From positions 186,001-250,000 of the IMG/VR virus record IMGVR_UViG_3300021338_000003: 64,000 bases of DNA. One strand, written 5' to 3'. Made by a program: the position numbers and the translations under genes. Numbering within the stretch: the first letter of the stretch is position 1; each line of letters opens with the position of its first letter. The notes under the pieces are model-generated. The model searched no databases and had not been told where the DNA came from. It saw only the letters and a list, made by a program, of their open reading frames with translations. Of the stretch, positions 47,399-56,448 are shown piece by piece.

Positions 47399-48664
47399 AT
47401 GCCCCAATCTCAGTCAACCCCCTATACCGCAGAAGTCGCCTATCGGGGCGTTCGAAAGACGTTCGAATTCGGGTTCTATGCCGATGATGCCCAGACGATC
47501 CCCATTATCCCATTCAACACGGCCGAATATCCGAAGGTCCAACTGGTGGCCCCTGATGGCCAGGTGTTCCTAACCCGCGGCCCACCTTCTGTTCGTAGCA
47601 CTGGGGTACCCGGTAAGTGGGCCTTTGACTTTGATGTTCCTCCTGATTCCCTGGTTACGGCCATCAACCAGGCATGGGAATTTGCGGCCATCGTTGCTGA
47701 CTCCAATGGCATCGAAAAGACGTACCGGACCACCTTCATCATCAAGGACCCGAACGTCGTTAAGGCCGGCAATCAAAGCCGGATGTACCCGGTGGTCTCG
47801 GGTAATGACCTTCAGGTCATATTCCACTCTCCGGTCGACCTCTACTCCGTCTCACTTCGAGTCTTCCGGTCCGGAAGTGAAACCGACATCATCGTGGACT
47901 CCACCTCTGTCGGGTCCGGTGACGGGGACATCAAGAAGGTCGTGTCCGAAGGTGTCTATGTCTACTACTACGACATTCCGGCAGAAACCACGGCCAACAT
48001 TTCCCTAGGCGACCTGGATGAGGGCATCTGGCAAATTCACTGGAAGGCCCAGGAAAGCCAGATATCCCCTAAGGACCTCGTATATCAAATAGCCCAGGTA
48101 TTCTCCAGCAACATCCTCGAATATACGCCCCATGTGCGGTACATCGTGGACAAACTCGAAAAGAGGTATACCACTCGCCAGGGGTACGATGAATCCGATA
48201 TTCTTGGTGCTCTGGATATGGGACTTCAGCTGGTTAACACCACCTTCCCGGCCACCCAGTATGTGCTCACACCCGGAACGGGTACAAGCCCTACCATCTT
48301 TGCTGGTGGGACCGGGGTGGTACCAGACCAATTCAAGCCCTATGTAATCCTTGGGGCGGCATGGTGGCTATATATGGGCCAACTGGGCCTTGCGGTTGAC
48401 CTCCAGTTCTCGTTCTCTGGTCAGCGGACTACTCTGGACCAGGATCAGACCGGAGGTATCGAGAGCCTACTGGACAAATATCGGTCTGCCCTCGAAGAGC
48501 AACTCGGAAAGGTCAAAACCGATTTCCTACGGCAGAACCGCCGGGTGGGAACCCTGGCAGTCCGGCCCCGGTCTTACCGTGTTTCGCAGACCACGGTGTT
48601 CAAGATCAATTCAACCTTGGGGTCCAATTACATCGGGTTCCTAAACGGCATCGGACTCATCTGA
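47399..48664 (+). CDS. Putative head-tail adaptor with N-terminal Ig-like domains
   Basis: GGAG SD; beta-rich N-terminus, helical C-terminus GLAVDLQFSFSGQ; inference. Confidence 0.45.
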   Translation: MPQSQSTPYTAEVAYRGVRKTFEFGFYADDAQTIPIIPFNTAEYPKVQLVAPDGQVFLTRGPPSVRSTGVPGKWAFDFDVPPDSLVTAINQAWEFAAIVADSNGIEKTYRTTFIIKDPNVVKAGNQSRMYPVVSGNDLQVIFHSPVDLYSVSLRVFRSGSETDIIVDSTSVGSGDGDIKKVVSEGVYVYYYDIPAETTANISLGDLDEGIWQIHWKAQESQISPKDLVYQIAQVFSSNILEYTPHVRYIVDKLEKRYTTRQGYDESDILGALDMGLQLVNTTFPATQYVLTPGTGTSPTIFAGGTGVVPDQFKPYVILGAAWWLYMGQLGLAVDLQFSFSGQRTTLDQDQTGGIESLLDKYRSALEEQLGKVKTDFLRQNRRVGTLAVRPRSYRVSQTTVFKINSTLGSNYIGFLNGIGLI

Positions 48665-49386
48665 TGAATAGAATACGCCAAGCTGTTGTCGACGCCGAGG
48701 ACCTTCGCTGGCTTCGAGATGCAGAAGAAGAATTCGACGAAATTGATTCAGAATACCAAGCCACCAAGAAGTCCCTAGAAAACATCGTCTCCAAAAGATA
48801 TGGAGGGGATTTCGACCTTCTTATCGATAGCGCCTTCGTTGAATCCGGTAAGGGGGACAAGGAAGCACGACTTCTGGTCGAAGAAGAAGATCGCCTTAGG
48901 AGACACCGTCAATCTGCTTGGAGCAGACGGTGGGACCTTCGGGTTAAGTTGGGCTTTGACCCAAGGACTGGCAAGCCGCGCCAGAAGGAACGCAGCAGAG
49001 CACCAAACTTGCCCGGAGCCGGGTTCTACCCTGACCTTCTTCACGACGACCCCACGGATGTGCACGGGTGGCCCCGAGGTCAAGAAGCCATAGAAGTAGA
49101 GACATATACTTCGAATGTTTGGCACCACACCAGTGAGGATGGTACCTTTCACGTCATCCAGTACTTCAAGGGATACGAGCCTGTATCTGGCATGACCCTT
49201 CGATCCAAAAGGGCCTACAGAGGCCAACAGACTGCCACCATTGACCGGGTGTTCACCCTGCCCGAACACCAACGACAGGGATACGCCCGAGAAATTATGG
49301 ATTATGCCCGATCCCACTTCCGTCGAGTCAAACACTCAAAGGACCTCACCGATATGGGCCGCCTATGGAAGAGAGGAGTCGGGTAA
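48664..49386 (+). CDS. Protein with C-terminal GNAT-like domain
   Basis: IDRVFTLPEHQRQGYAREIM..HSKDLTDMGRLW (GNAT motif A-like). Confidence 0.6.
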   Translation: MNRIRQAVVDAEDLRWLRDAEEEFDEIDSEYQATKKSLENIVSKRYGGDFDLLIDSAFVESGKGDKEARLLVEEEDRLRRHRQSAWSRRWDLRVKLGFDPRTGKPRQKERSRAPNLPGAGFYPDLLHDDPTDVHGWPRGQEAIEVETYTSNVWHHTSEDGTFHVIQYFKGYEPVSGMTLRSKRAYRGQQTATIDRVFTLPEHQRQGYAREIMDYARSHFRRVKHSKDLTDMGRLWKRGVG

Positions 49387-50376
49387 CTCTGGGTCCCGGT
49401 TGTCAATCTCCTTCTTGTACCAGGCAACCACCGAGGCCCGGAAGGACACCGGGCACTTGGAAATGTGATGCCCCACATGGTCATATATCTGTTGCCAAGT
49501 ATATCCATCCACGTGCATGGCCCATGCTCGCCGAAAATAAGGATACTTCTTCCTCTGGTCGGCTTCCCACCTAGCCTTAGCTGGGTCTAACCCTAGCCGT
49601 CTCCATGCCTGGCGTAGAGAGTGATGCTGAAGGTTGACTTCGGCCGCCAGGTCTTCGGTTCGCTCGTTGTTCATATACCGACGGTCGAAAAGCTCGCGAA
49701 TCTTATTGGGGGATATTGGTTCATGGATGAAGTTGTCCCCCTCAACCCAGAATTTCTCCAATGTAGTGTACGTGGTTCCGTGCTCTTTGGCTACTTTCTT
49801 TGAGTACTCGCGCAGGGTCAAACCACTGAGGTCCCGAGTGAAGGTTTTGTTAGCCACGTCTCTAGCATAGTCGAGACGAGCCTGGCGGGGTTTGAACCCA
49901 AGGTCGTACCATCGCTTCTTGAGAGTGGTGAGGTGGCATCCCAACTCACCGGCCACGACAGGCAACTGGATGGCAACGTTCTTCACATACCGATGGAAAG
50001 CAGCAGTGTAGTCTTCCACATCCTGTTCGGACATGCCGGGGGGATTGGGGTTTTTAAGACCCATACGGCGCCAGAGGTGACGGAGCCAGTATTCGGACCG
50101 ACCCACAGATTTGGCAAGGTTGGCCACAGACATCTCTCGACGGAGGTGCCGTTTCCAGAGTTCCTGCCCAACCTTGTTGTAAGAGCGATTACGGTCCCCA
50201 GTAAGGTCCCATCCGAGATCCCGAAACCTTTTGCTGAGATAGGCATCAGAAAATCCCAATTCCTTTCCGAGCTTAACAAGACTGATGCCATTCACCGCCT
50301 TGTCATACAGTATCTTGGCTTGCTCTTCGGAAATATTCTCTGTATACTTTCCATCCTTTCCTCGGACTTTTGGCAT
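49363..50376 (-). CDS. Tandem multi-HTH protein
   Basis: Five to six HTH-like repeats ending L...[FW]..LG[WFL]; ATG 50376 after GGGGG. Confidence 0.65.
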   Translation of the reverse strand: MPKVRGKDGKYTENISEEQAKILYDKAVNGISLVKLGKELGFSDAYLSKRFRDLGWDLTGDRNRSYNKVGQELWKRHLRREMSVANLAKSVGRSEYWLRHLWRRMGLKNPNPPGMSEQDVEDYTAAFHRYVKNVAIQLPVVAGELGCHLTTLKKRWYDLGFKPRQARLDYARDVANKTFTRDLSGLTLREYSKKVAKEHGTTYTTLEKFWVEGDNFIHEPISPNKIRELFDRRYMNNERTEDLAAEVNLQHHSLRQAWRRLGLDPAKARWEADQRKKYPYFRRAWAMHVDGYTWQQIYDHVGHHISKCPVSFRASVVAWYKKEIDNRDPELPDSSLP

Positions 50377-50439
50377 ACAAACCCCCAAAAGAGGGTGTTT
50401 ACCTCATTAGTTGCGGCACACCTAACAAGAGGTGAGCAA

Positions 50440-51126
50440 ATGCGTACTATCATCCCCGGAAAGTCCACCGAAGGCAGCGACAGCAACGAGCAGCTCGTGC
50501 GTCGACTTTTGAACGCCAAGAAGCCTGTGTACCTGAAGAATTCCATTCCTCAGAATGTGCATATGATTTCCTATCCTCGTGAGGACGGAGAGAGCGACAC
50601 TATCAACTTCCCGGACACGTACCTTCCCATCAAGATCACCGATGTCATCTCCACCGAGAATCTCATGAAGTCTCGGGACTTCTGGGCCTACATTCGTAGT
50701 GGCATTCTGGTTCCCGTTCGTCCGAAGGTGGCCAAGCAGCTGCTGAATGACGTTGATGCCGCGGATGAAATCGACCGCCTGCAGTCTCGACAGGGCCAGA
50801 ACACCAAGGCCAAGGGTCTGGATCGGTTCAATTCCAAGCCCTCCGGCAAGATCGAAATCGACTTCACTCGTCCCGATGATGATGGCGAGGAGGATGCTGA
50901 GTCTACTCTCAATCGCCGCGTTCAGCACATCATGGCCACGATTCAGGCCGGACAGAACAAGTCAGTACGGAGTGGTCTAGCTGAGCTGAAGAGCATGGCC
51001 AGTGACCTGAGCCGTGAGGACTTCGGGTACCTGGTGGGCCACGGTACTGTCGTCGACCAGGAATCCGGTAAGGTGAATTCCCGCATCACCGACTGGGCCA
51101 TGAAGCAGCTCAGCGTTACTCCCTGA
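50440..51126 (+). CDS. Putative virion structural protein
   Basis: ATG 50440 after GAGGTG; in frame with track ORF 49933-51126. Confidence 0.65.
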   Translation: MRTIIPGKSTEGSDSNEQLVRRLLNAKKPVYLKNSIPQNVHMISYPREDGESDTINFPDTYLPIKITDVISTENLMKSRDFWAYIRSGILVPVRPKVAKQLLNDVDAADEIDRLQSRQGQNTKAKGLDRFNSKPSGKIEIDFTRPDDDGEEDAESTLNRRVQHIMATIQAGQNKSVRSGLAELKSMASDLSREDFGYLVGHGTVVDQESGKVNSRITDWAMKQLSVTP

Positions 51127-51162
51127 GTATTCACGGGGCAGGCTTTTTGTAGGAGGTGAATC

Positions 51163-51924
51163 TTGGCTGAAGTGTTGCCTATCACCGTGGAAAGCCTGTC
51201 CCAGGAGGCAGCCGATGAACAATTCGGTTCCTCTCCCGGTGGGATTCTTGATGACGAAGTAATTGCTGCCCTCAACGAGCGGCTGCCGGACGTGCAGGAA
51301 GAAAGGGAGGAGAGCCTCGGAAATGCCGAGTCTTCCGGTTCCTCTTTCTATAGCCGGCAGCCGTTCATCTTCACCCGAGTCGGTGAACAAGAAGCAGGAA
51401 TCTTCGTGTATGCGGCCCTGAATCCCACCGAAATTTCCTACACCATACCCACCCGAGAAGCACTAGAGAAATGTGGGGGTGGTGAGGTTAAGCACACTGC
51501 CCAGGCCAGTCTCGAAAGAGCCGAGAGTCTCGGCAAGTTTATTGATGAGATCGAGATTCGGTATACCCTCACTACTGGCAACGCTCTGCCCCTTCGATTC
51601 ACAGACGGTGGCTTGGGTATCCCGGATGGTCTCGACACCTTCTATGCCTTGATGGCTCTCCTCCTTGAGAGCGAACGAGTATTGGAGGATGGTCGTTCCA
51701 ACGATCTCATCATCAGCCAAAATTCGGTTACGTTTCCGATGATTACGGTTGAGGGCAAGCTCAAGCCCGAGGGGGTATCATTTGTCCAATCAGCGGATGA
51801 CCCCAACAAGATCTCCGGAATTTCTTTTTCGGTGTCAGTCCACAAGACTGTACCCCGTCTAACCTCGGTCGAGGCTCTCCGTGCCGCCTGGGAGAATTCG
51901 GCCGATAGAATCGGATCCTCCTGA
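51163..51924 (+). CDS. Putative tail/baseplate-associated protein
   Basis: GGAGGTGA SD, TTG start; acidic, beta-rich C-terminus. Confidence 0.5.
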   Translation: MAEVLPITVESLSQEAADEQFGSSPGGILDDEVIAALNERLPDVQEEREESLGNAESSGSSFYSRQPFIFTRVGEQEAGIFVYAALNPTEISYTIPTREALEKCGGGEVKHTAQASLERAESLGKFIDEIEIRYTLTTGNALPLRFTDGGLGIPDGLDTFYALMALLLESERVLEDGRSNDLIISQNSVTFPMITVEGKLKPEGVSFVQSADDPNKISGISFSVSVHKTVPRLTSVEALRAAWENSADRIGSS

Positions 51925-52829
51925 TGTGCTCTTGGATACGCAACCTTCTGGTCCAACCCCAGGACGACCCAACCACTGACTCCGTACCTCCAATCCCGCA
52001 GGCTCCGCAGGCCCTGCCTGACCCTCCCCCTAGTGCAACCCCCAATCCTGCTCCTTCTAGAGGACTGGAGATATCCGAGACAGCTGTAGATGGTACCAAA
52101 CCTCCTACTGAGGAAGAGACCATGCATCCGGTTCCAGAAGAGAAAAAGAAAGTCATAGACCAGGTCCTCAGTGTATTTGAGACCGGAAGCTCCGAGCCCT
52201 CCTACTCGAAGGTGGTGTTCCTCGATGACGGGGCTGGTATCACATACGGAAAGCATCAAAGCACCGATGGTGGCGGAGCCCTGGACCAAATAGTCATGAA
52301 ATATATAGACTATGGTGGAAAATATGCTGACGAGCTTCGACAGTACCTTCCTCTTCTAGCCGATGATGAAACCACCAAGGCTAACCCTGACGATCTCCCC
52401 AAATCGGTTAAGGAATTGATGAACCTTCTTCAGGCTGCGGGTGAGGACCCACTGATGCAAGCCGCCCAAGACAAAGTGTTCGACGAACATTATTGGGACC
52501 CAGCCATCAGCCAAGCATGGGATATGGGACTAACCCTCCCCCTATCTTGGCTAGTATGTTATGACAGTACAATCCACTCTGGATCCAACGGCATCGCCCG
52601 TATCAGAAAACGGTTCGCTGCCTTACCTCCGTCACGTGGTGGGGATGAGAAGAGATGGACCAAGGCTTATCTCGAAGCCAGGCGAGCTTGGTTGGCCAGT
52701 CATCCCAATCCGGTTGTTCAGAATACTGTGTACCGCATCGATTCCATGCTTCAGCTCATTGAGGATGATAACTGGATGCTCGACGTTCCTTTCATCCTCC
52801 TCAAGCCGAAGCGGATGATCAATGGGTGA
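51924..52829 (+). CDS. GH46 chitosanase-fold glycoside hydrolase, probable endolysin
   Basis: VLSVFETG (Glu), LDDGAGITYG (Asp), AQDKVFDEHYWDPA, YDSTIHSG; Pro-rich N-terminal linker. Confidence 0.8.
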   Translation: MCSWIRNLLVQPQDDPTTDSVPPIPQAPQALPDPPPSATPNPAPSRGLEISETAVDGTKPPTEEETMHPVPEEKKKVIDQVLSVFETGSSEPSYSKVVFLDDGAGITYGKHQSTDGGGALDQIVMKYIDYGGKYADELRQYLPLLADDETTKANPDDLPKSVKELMNLLQAAGEDPLMQAAQDKVFDEHYWDPAISQAWDMGLTLPLSWLVCYDSTIHSGSNGIARIRKRFAALPPSRGGDEKRWTKAYLEARRAWLASHPNPVVQNTVYRIDSMLQLIEDDNWMLDVPFILLKPKRMING

Positions 52830-53340
52830 CGACTACACCATGCGTGATGTGAGAACTTTTGCACAGCTTGCCCATGGCGACCAGCTGTATGCTGAAAGGT
52901 TTCCTTTTGTGATGCACCTGGACCAGGTCTTCTGGACTCTTAAGAAATTCGGGTGCGAGGATACCTTGATCCACAGGGCTGCTTTTCTGCACGATGTAGT
53001 CGAGGATACCCACGTTCAACTGGACGAGGTCCATGACTCTTTCGGCACCGATATGGCCAGGCTGGTCCATGGCGTGACTATGCCCGAAGAGATGAGCCGT
53101 CTTGAAGCAGTATCCGTTGTTGCCGACCATATGAAATTTGACAGCCAAATACAGACCCTCAAACTGGCTGACCGCATTTCAAACGTCCAACTAGCTGTAT
53201 GGGAAGGCAACAAGAGAATCATGCGGTTCTACGCCCGGGAACACCACATCTTCAAACGAGCCCACACCGCCGGGCAAAGTATGGACCACATGTGGTCATT
53301 TCTAGATGACATGCTGAAGCCTTGGACCAAAAAGGACTAA
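52822..53340 (+). CDS. HD-domain protein, RelA/SpoT/Mesh1-like (p)ppGpp hydrolase family
   Basis: AHGDQLY..FVMHL..AAFLHDVVEDT..LKLADRISN. Confidence 0.82.
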   Translation: MGDDYTMRDVRTFAQLAHGDQLYAERFPFVMHLDQVFWTLKKFGCEDTLIHRAAFLHDVVEDTHVQLDEVHDSFGTDMARLVHGVTMPEEMSRLEAVSVVADHMKFDSQIQTLKLADRISNVQLAVWEGNKRIMRFYAREHHIFKRAHTAGQSMDHMWSFLDDMLKPWTKKD

Positions 53341-53552
53341 TCCTTTAGGCCATCCCATGCCTCCGGTCGGATGGCCTTCTGCCCTTTTGTTCTGCGGTCC
53401 ATTTGCTCTCTGTACCAGCATCGGCCCTGGGGACAACAGCACTTCTTGTTGTCAGGACCAATGTAGTGACCCTTGCACATCTTGTTTGACAGAAATACAC
53501 TGTCATCCAAGTATGATGATTGGTCAAGTCGTATAACGGAATCGTCACTCAT
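53337..53552 (-). CDS. Small Cys-rich protein
   Basis: ATG 53552 coupled to upstream stop; CCCPQGRC. Confidence 0.45.
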   Translation of the reverse strand: MSDDSVIRLDQSSYLDDSVFLSNKMCKGHYIGPDNKKCCCPQGRCWYREQMDRRTKGQKAIRPEAWDGLKD

Positions 53553-53998
53553 GATGTAACCATCCAACGCAATGTTGCCCAGTTGATAGTGAGGTGCATA
53601 GTATTGTCCACGATAATGAGCAGCCACACGCCAAGCCAATCGGGGGCATCAGGAGCGGTGGAACGCTGTTCATACGTAACCCCCACCACATGACGTTTCC
53701 ATCCTATACCGCCGGACTTCTCAAAGCCGCGGGTACGCATAATGGCCGCCGTGAACCATCCTTCCTTTCCGGTGCCCCAAAAATCAATCCAGTAGGAGGC
53801 CAGGCGCCAACGATCGATGATGAAATGAGTTCCAATGATGATGAACCACTGATATACATTGGAAACCAACAGCAAAAATGGAAGACCATAGAGCAGCACG
53901 TGTAGTAGAGCCGCCCAACTGTTCGAGGTCTTGCTGTTTGCCATCCAGTGGTTTTGGAGAATGTAATCTCCAATGAGATGGGCAAGAAGTTGTTCCAT
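53549..53998 (-). CDS. DUF3307-like membrane protein
   Basis: LLAHLIGDYILQ..A..K..HVLLY..THFIIDR..IVDNTMHL. Confidence 0.78.
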   Translation of the reverse strand: MEQLLAHLIGDYILQNHWMANSKTSNSWAALLHVLLYGLPFLLLVSNVYQWFIIIGTHFIIDRWRLASYWIDFWGTGKEGWFTAAIMRTRGFEKSGGIGWKRHVVGVTYEQRSTAPDAPDWLGVWLLIIVDNTMHLTINWATLRWMVTS

Positions 53999-53999
53999 C

Positions 54000-54323
54000 T
54001 TATTTCTCCTTAGGGCAGGATAGATGCCCGCCTATCTTGGCTATAGATACACCACCACAGCGACCGTTGAACAGATGGTCGGTCACTTTCTTGTTGGTGG
54101 CTTCTGTATCCAACTCAGACAGCAATTCCCCAGTCTCCACATACCGCCAGGTCCAAACGCTATCTGAATCCCGCTGAATTGGAATGCCATCTAAGTACGC
54201 CCGGTCAAAGTCAGTTGGGTCAACCTTGAAAGTGCGTATCCACCTCCGGAGGACCCACACGAGAGGCTGCAAAGCACTGGCTGTTACCATCAAAACCCCA
54301 ACGAACAGACAGAGATCCATCAT
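54000..54323 (-). CDS. Hypothetical membrane-anchored protein
   Basis: N-terminal hydrophobic helix. Confidence 0.55.
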   Translation of the reverse strand: MMDLCLFVGVLMVTASALQPLVWVLRRWIRTFKVDPTDFDRAYLDGIPIQRDSDSVWTWRYVETGELLSELDTEATNKKVTDHLFNGRCGGVSIAKIGGHLSCPKEK

Positions 54324-55285
54324 GCCACCTTCAACTTTTTGATTTTGACTGGCTTAGCCCCAAAACTTGCACACTTGGCCCGGAGCTTCTTGACCCAAGA
54401 GATAGGAGCGTCACCTGGGTCCTTTTTGGCCGGGGCAGCAAACTCAATGAGGTCAATTTGGCCCTCAAGCTCAGACTTGGCCGCATCCCACAGGGCCTCC
54501 CCACCGTGGTCCCCATCCCCAGCGACGATTATATGCCTAAGCCCAGACCGCATAAGTAGGGAATCAGTCTTGGCAGCTGACCATGTCTCGGCTCCCATGA
54601 CCGCCACGGCTGGAATTCCGTACCGCAAAAGACGGAGGGCATCAAAGGGACCCTCGGTGATGACCAAAACTGGTCCCTTTGAGATGCGATCCAGCATGAA
54701 CCACATTGTATCGGTGGGAAGGTCCTTGGACGTCAGCCACTTTGGGTCTCCATCCTTTTCTACCGTACGGGCAGTGTACCCCACCATCTCGTTTTCATGA
54801 GTAATGATGAACATAGCCCGCCGACCGCCCCTGCGATCACGCATCCTACGGGCACCAATCCGAGTCATGAAGGACTCTGGTAGTCCACGCCACGGCCCCT
54901 TCCACGGGGAAGTGTTTCGCGGGATCGTGAATTCCTCGACGTCAGCAAAATTCACGTTATCCATGGACTGAAACCGACGCTTGATATAGGACCGGCCATC
55001 AATCCCAGGTCCATCAGACTTCAGTTTGGGAAGGCCCACCTTGACCGCGTAGTCATTAAAATCAGATTCATGGTTGCACCTGTGGCACTTGATCTTGCGA
55101 CCACCCCGATGAATCCACAAAGACTTGGAAGTGCTATTGTGAAACGGACAGCGAACGTAGAAGAAACTTCCTTCCTTTTTGACTCGGTAGTCGATACCGA
55201 AAGTGTCGAGGAGGGACCGAATCTTGATGCCGGTTTCGTAGTCAGAACCTCGATGGCCCTCGGCGTGGCTGCGGTCAGTAGCCAT
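54320..55285 (-). CDS. DnaG-like primase (CHC2 Zn finger + TOPRIM)
   Basis: RCPFH..KCHRC, ITEGPFDAL, VAGDGDHGG; GGAG SD. Confidence 0.82.
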   Translation of the reverse strand: MATDRSHAEGHRGSDYETGIKIRSLLDTFGIDYRVKKEGSFFYVRCPFHNSTSKSLWIHRGGRKIKCHRCNHESDFNDYAVKVGLPKLKSDGPGIDGRSYIKRRFQSMDNVNFADVEEFTIPRNTSPWKGPWRGLPESFMTRIGARRMRDRRGGRRAMFIITHENEMVGYTARTVEKDGDPKWLTSKDLPTDTMWFMLDRISKGPVLVITEGPFDALRLLRYGIPAVAVMGAETWSAAKTDSLLMRSGLRHIIVAGDGDHGGEALWDAAKSELEGQIDLIEFAAPAKKDPGDAPISWVKKLRAKCASFGAKPVKIKKLKVA

Positions 55286-56297
55286 GCTTAAGTCGCTCCG
55301 TAGTCGTATCTTTTCTCTGTTCGAGCCTGTAATCGACCAGAAGGTATCGCTTGAAGTTCCTCATAGGGCTGAAATCCGAGCCTCCTCTCTACCATTCTGC
55401 TACAGGGATATTGCCCTTACCGCTTGGGCCAAAAAAGGGAACCGGTGCCCCACCAAGGAATGGTCCCTCGGGGCCACTCTTTACACAGACATCGGAACCG
55501 CGGTTCACGCCTCTATCCAAAGGTATCTGGGCGGGGCTGGGTTCCTCTGGGGGTCATGGAAGTGCAATCACTGCGGGAAAGTCTACCTGAACCAGACCTC
55601 TCCTGGTGTCTGCTGCGAAGACCTGGTCGAGTACGTTGAATATTCCCTGGTTCATCCCAACCCCGAAATTGGAGAATTCGGGCACTGCGATGGTATCATC
55701 GTCCTCCCTCATAAGATGGGGTGGTTCGAATTGGAAATCAAGACGACTGGTCAGTCATTGGCTGCCAAGAGGAAGGAGCAGGGCCCGGCCGAGGAGCATC
55801 AACAGCAGGTGGGTATATACCACGAGATGTTTGATGCTGGATACGCTCGGGTCAGGGAGCGAGGACGCCCGGAACCTGGAGAGAGGCATGGACCTATCCT
55901 CATCGATGAGAAAGCCAAGATGCCACCAGGCCCTCACCTCAAGGTGGTTCTAGTCATCTACGTCCTTCGCGACAAACCCAAACCCCGCTACTGGATTCCT
56001 CTAGTCCGTCGCCCGCGACTGGGTGGTCTAGCCGATATCGAAAAGAATGTGCCCCGGGTCAAAAAGGCAATCCGAATTGGCACTTTGCCCCCTGGCACAT
56101 GCAAAAAATACGACGATGCCAAGAACCCCTACAACTTCCGAGAGGTCTGTCCCTGGGCCAGAGAGGTCTGCTTCAACAAGACCGAGAGTCCCAAGTCGGC
56201 AGGTCGCCGAGTGTTCTTGTGGTCCAAGACCCCCCACAAAACAAAGAGAAAGGTAGACTTGAGCAAATCCTTCATCAAGAGGAAGAGTGATCGATAG
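55284..56297 (+). CDS. PD-(D/E)XK (Cas4/RecB-like) exonuclease
   Basis: RASSLPFCYR, GTAVH, GHCDG, ELEIKTT, QQVGIY, C-terminal C..CP....C. Confidence 0.78.
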   Translation: MLKSLRSRIFSLFEPVIDQKVSLEVPHRAEIRASSLPFCYRDIALTAWAKKGNRCPTKEWSLGATLYTDIGTAVHASIQRYLGGAGFLWGSWKCNHCGKVYLNQTSPGVCCEDLVEYVEYSLVHPNPEIGEFGHCDGIIVLPHKMGWFELEIKTTGQSLAAKRKEQGPAEEHQQQVGIYHEMFDAGYARVRERGRPEPGERHGPILIDEKAKMPPGPHLKVVLVIYVLRDKPKPRYWIPLVRRPRLGGLADIEKNVPRVKKAIRIGTLPPGTCKKYDDAKNPYNFREVCPWAREVCFNKTESPKSAGRRVFLWSKTPHKTKRKVDLSKSFIKRKSDR

Positions 56298-56448
56298 ATG
56301 AAGGACTGACGGCCCAGGGACGCTGCCCTAGCCGCAACCGCTAATAGGTACCGAAAGCGACCCTCGGATGCGGAGAAACGACTAAACTTCGGGTCTGGAT
56401 CGCTCTTTCAGCACATCCCTTGAATCAACAGAGAGTGGAGACTTTCCC

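Noticed and set aside
49933-50439. 5-prime extension of ORF 49933-51126
   Set aside because: Antisense to the multi-HTH gene; the real start is ATG 50440 with GAGGTG RBS.
55284-56297. Cas4-like nuclease as sign of a CRISPR system
   Set aside because: No cas1/cas2 or array; sits beside primase and RNR like ordinary phage PD-(D/E)XK exonucleases.
56298-56448. Possible cobalamin riboswitch upstream of B12-dependent nrdJ
   Set aside because: Only short pairings (agcga/tcgct, gaccc/gggtc) and no recognisable B12-box; needs an Infernal search to revisit.
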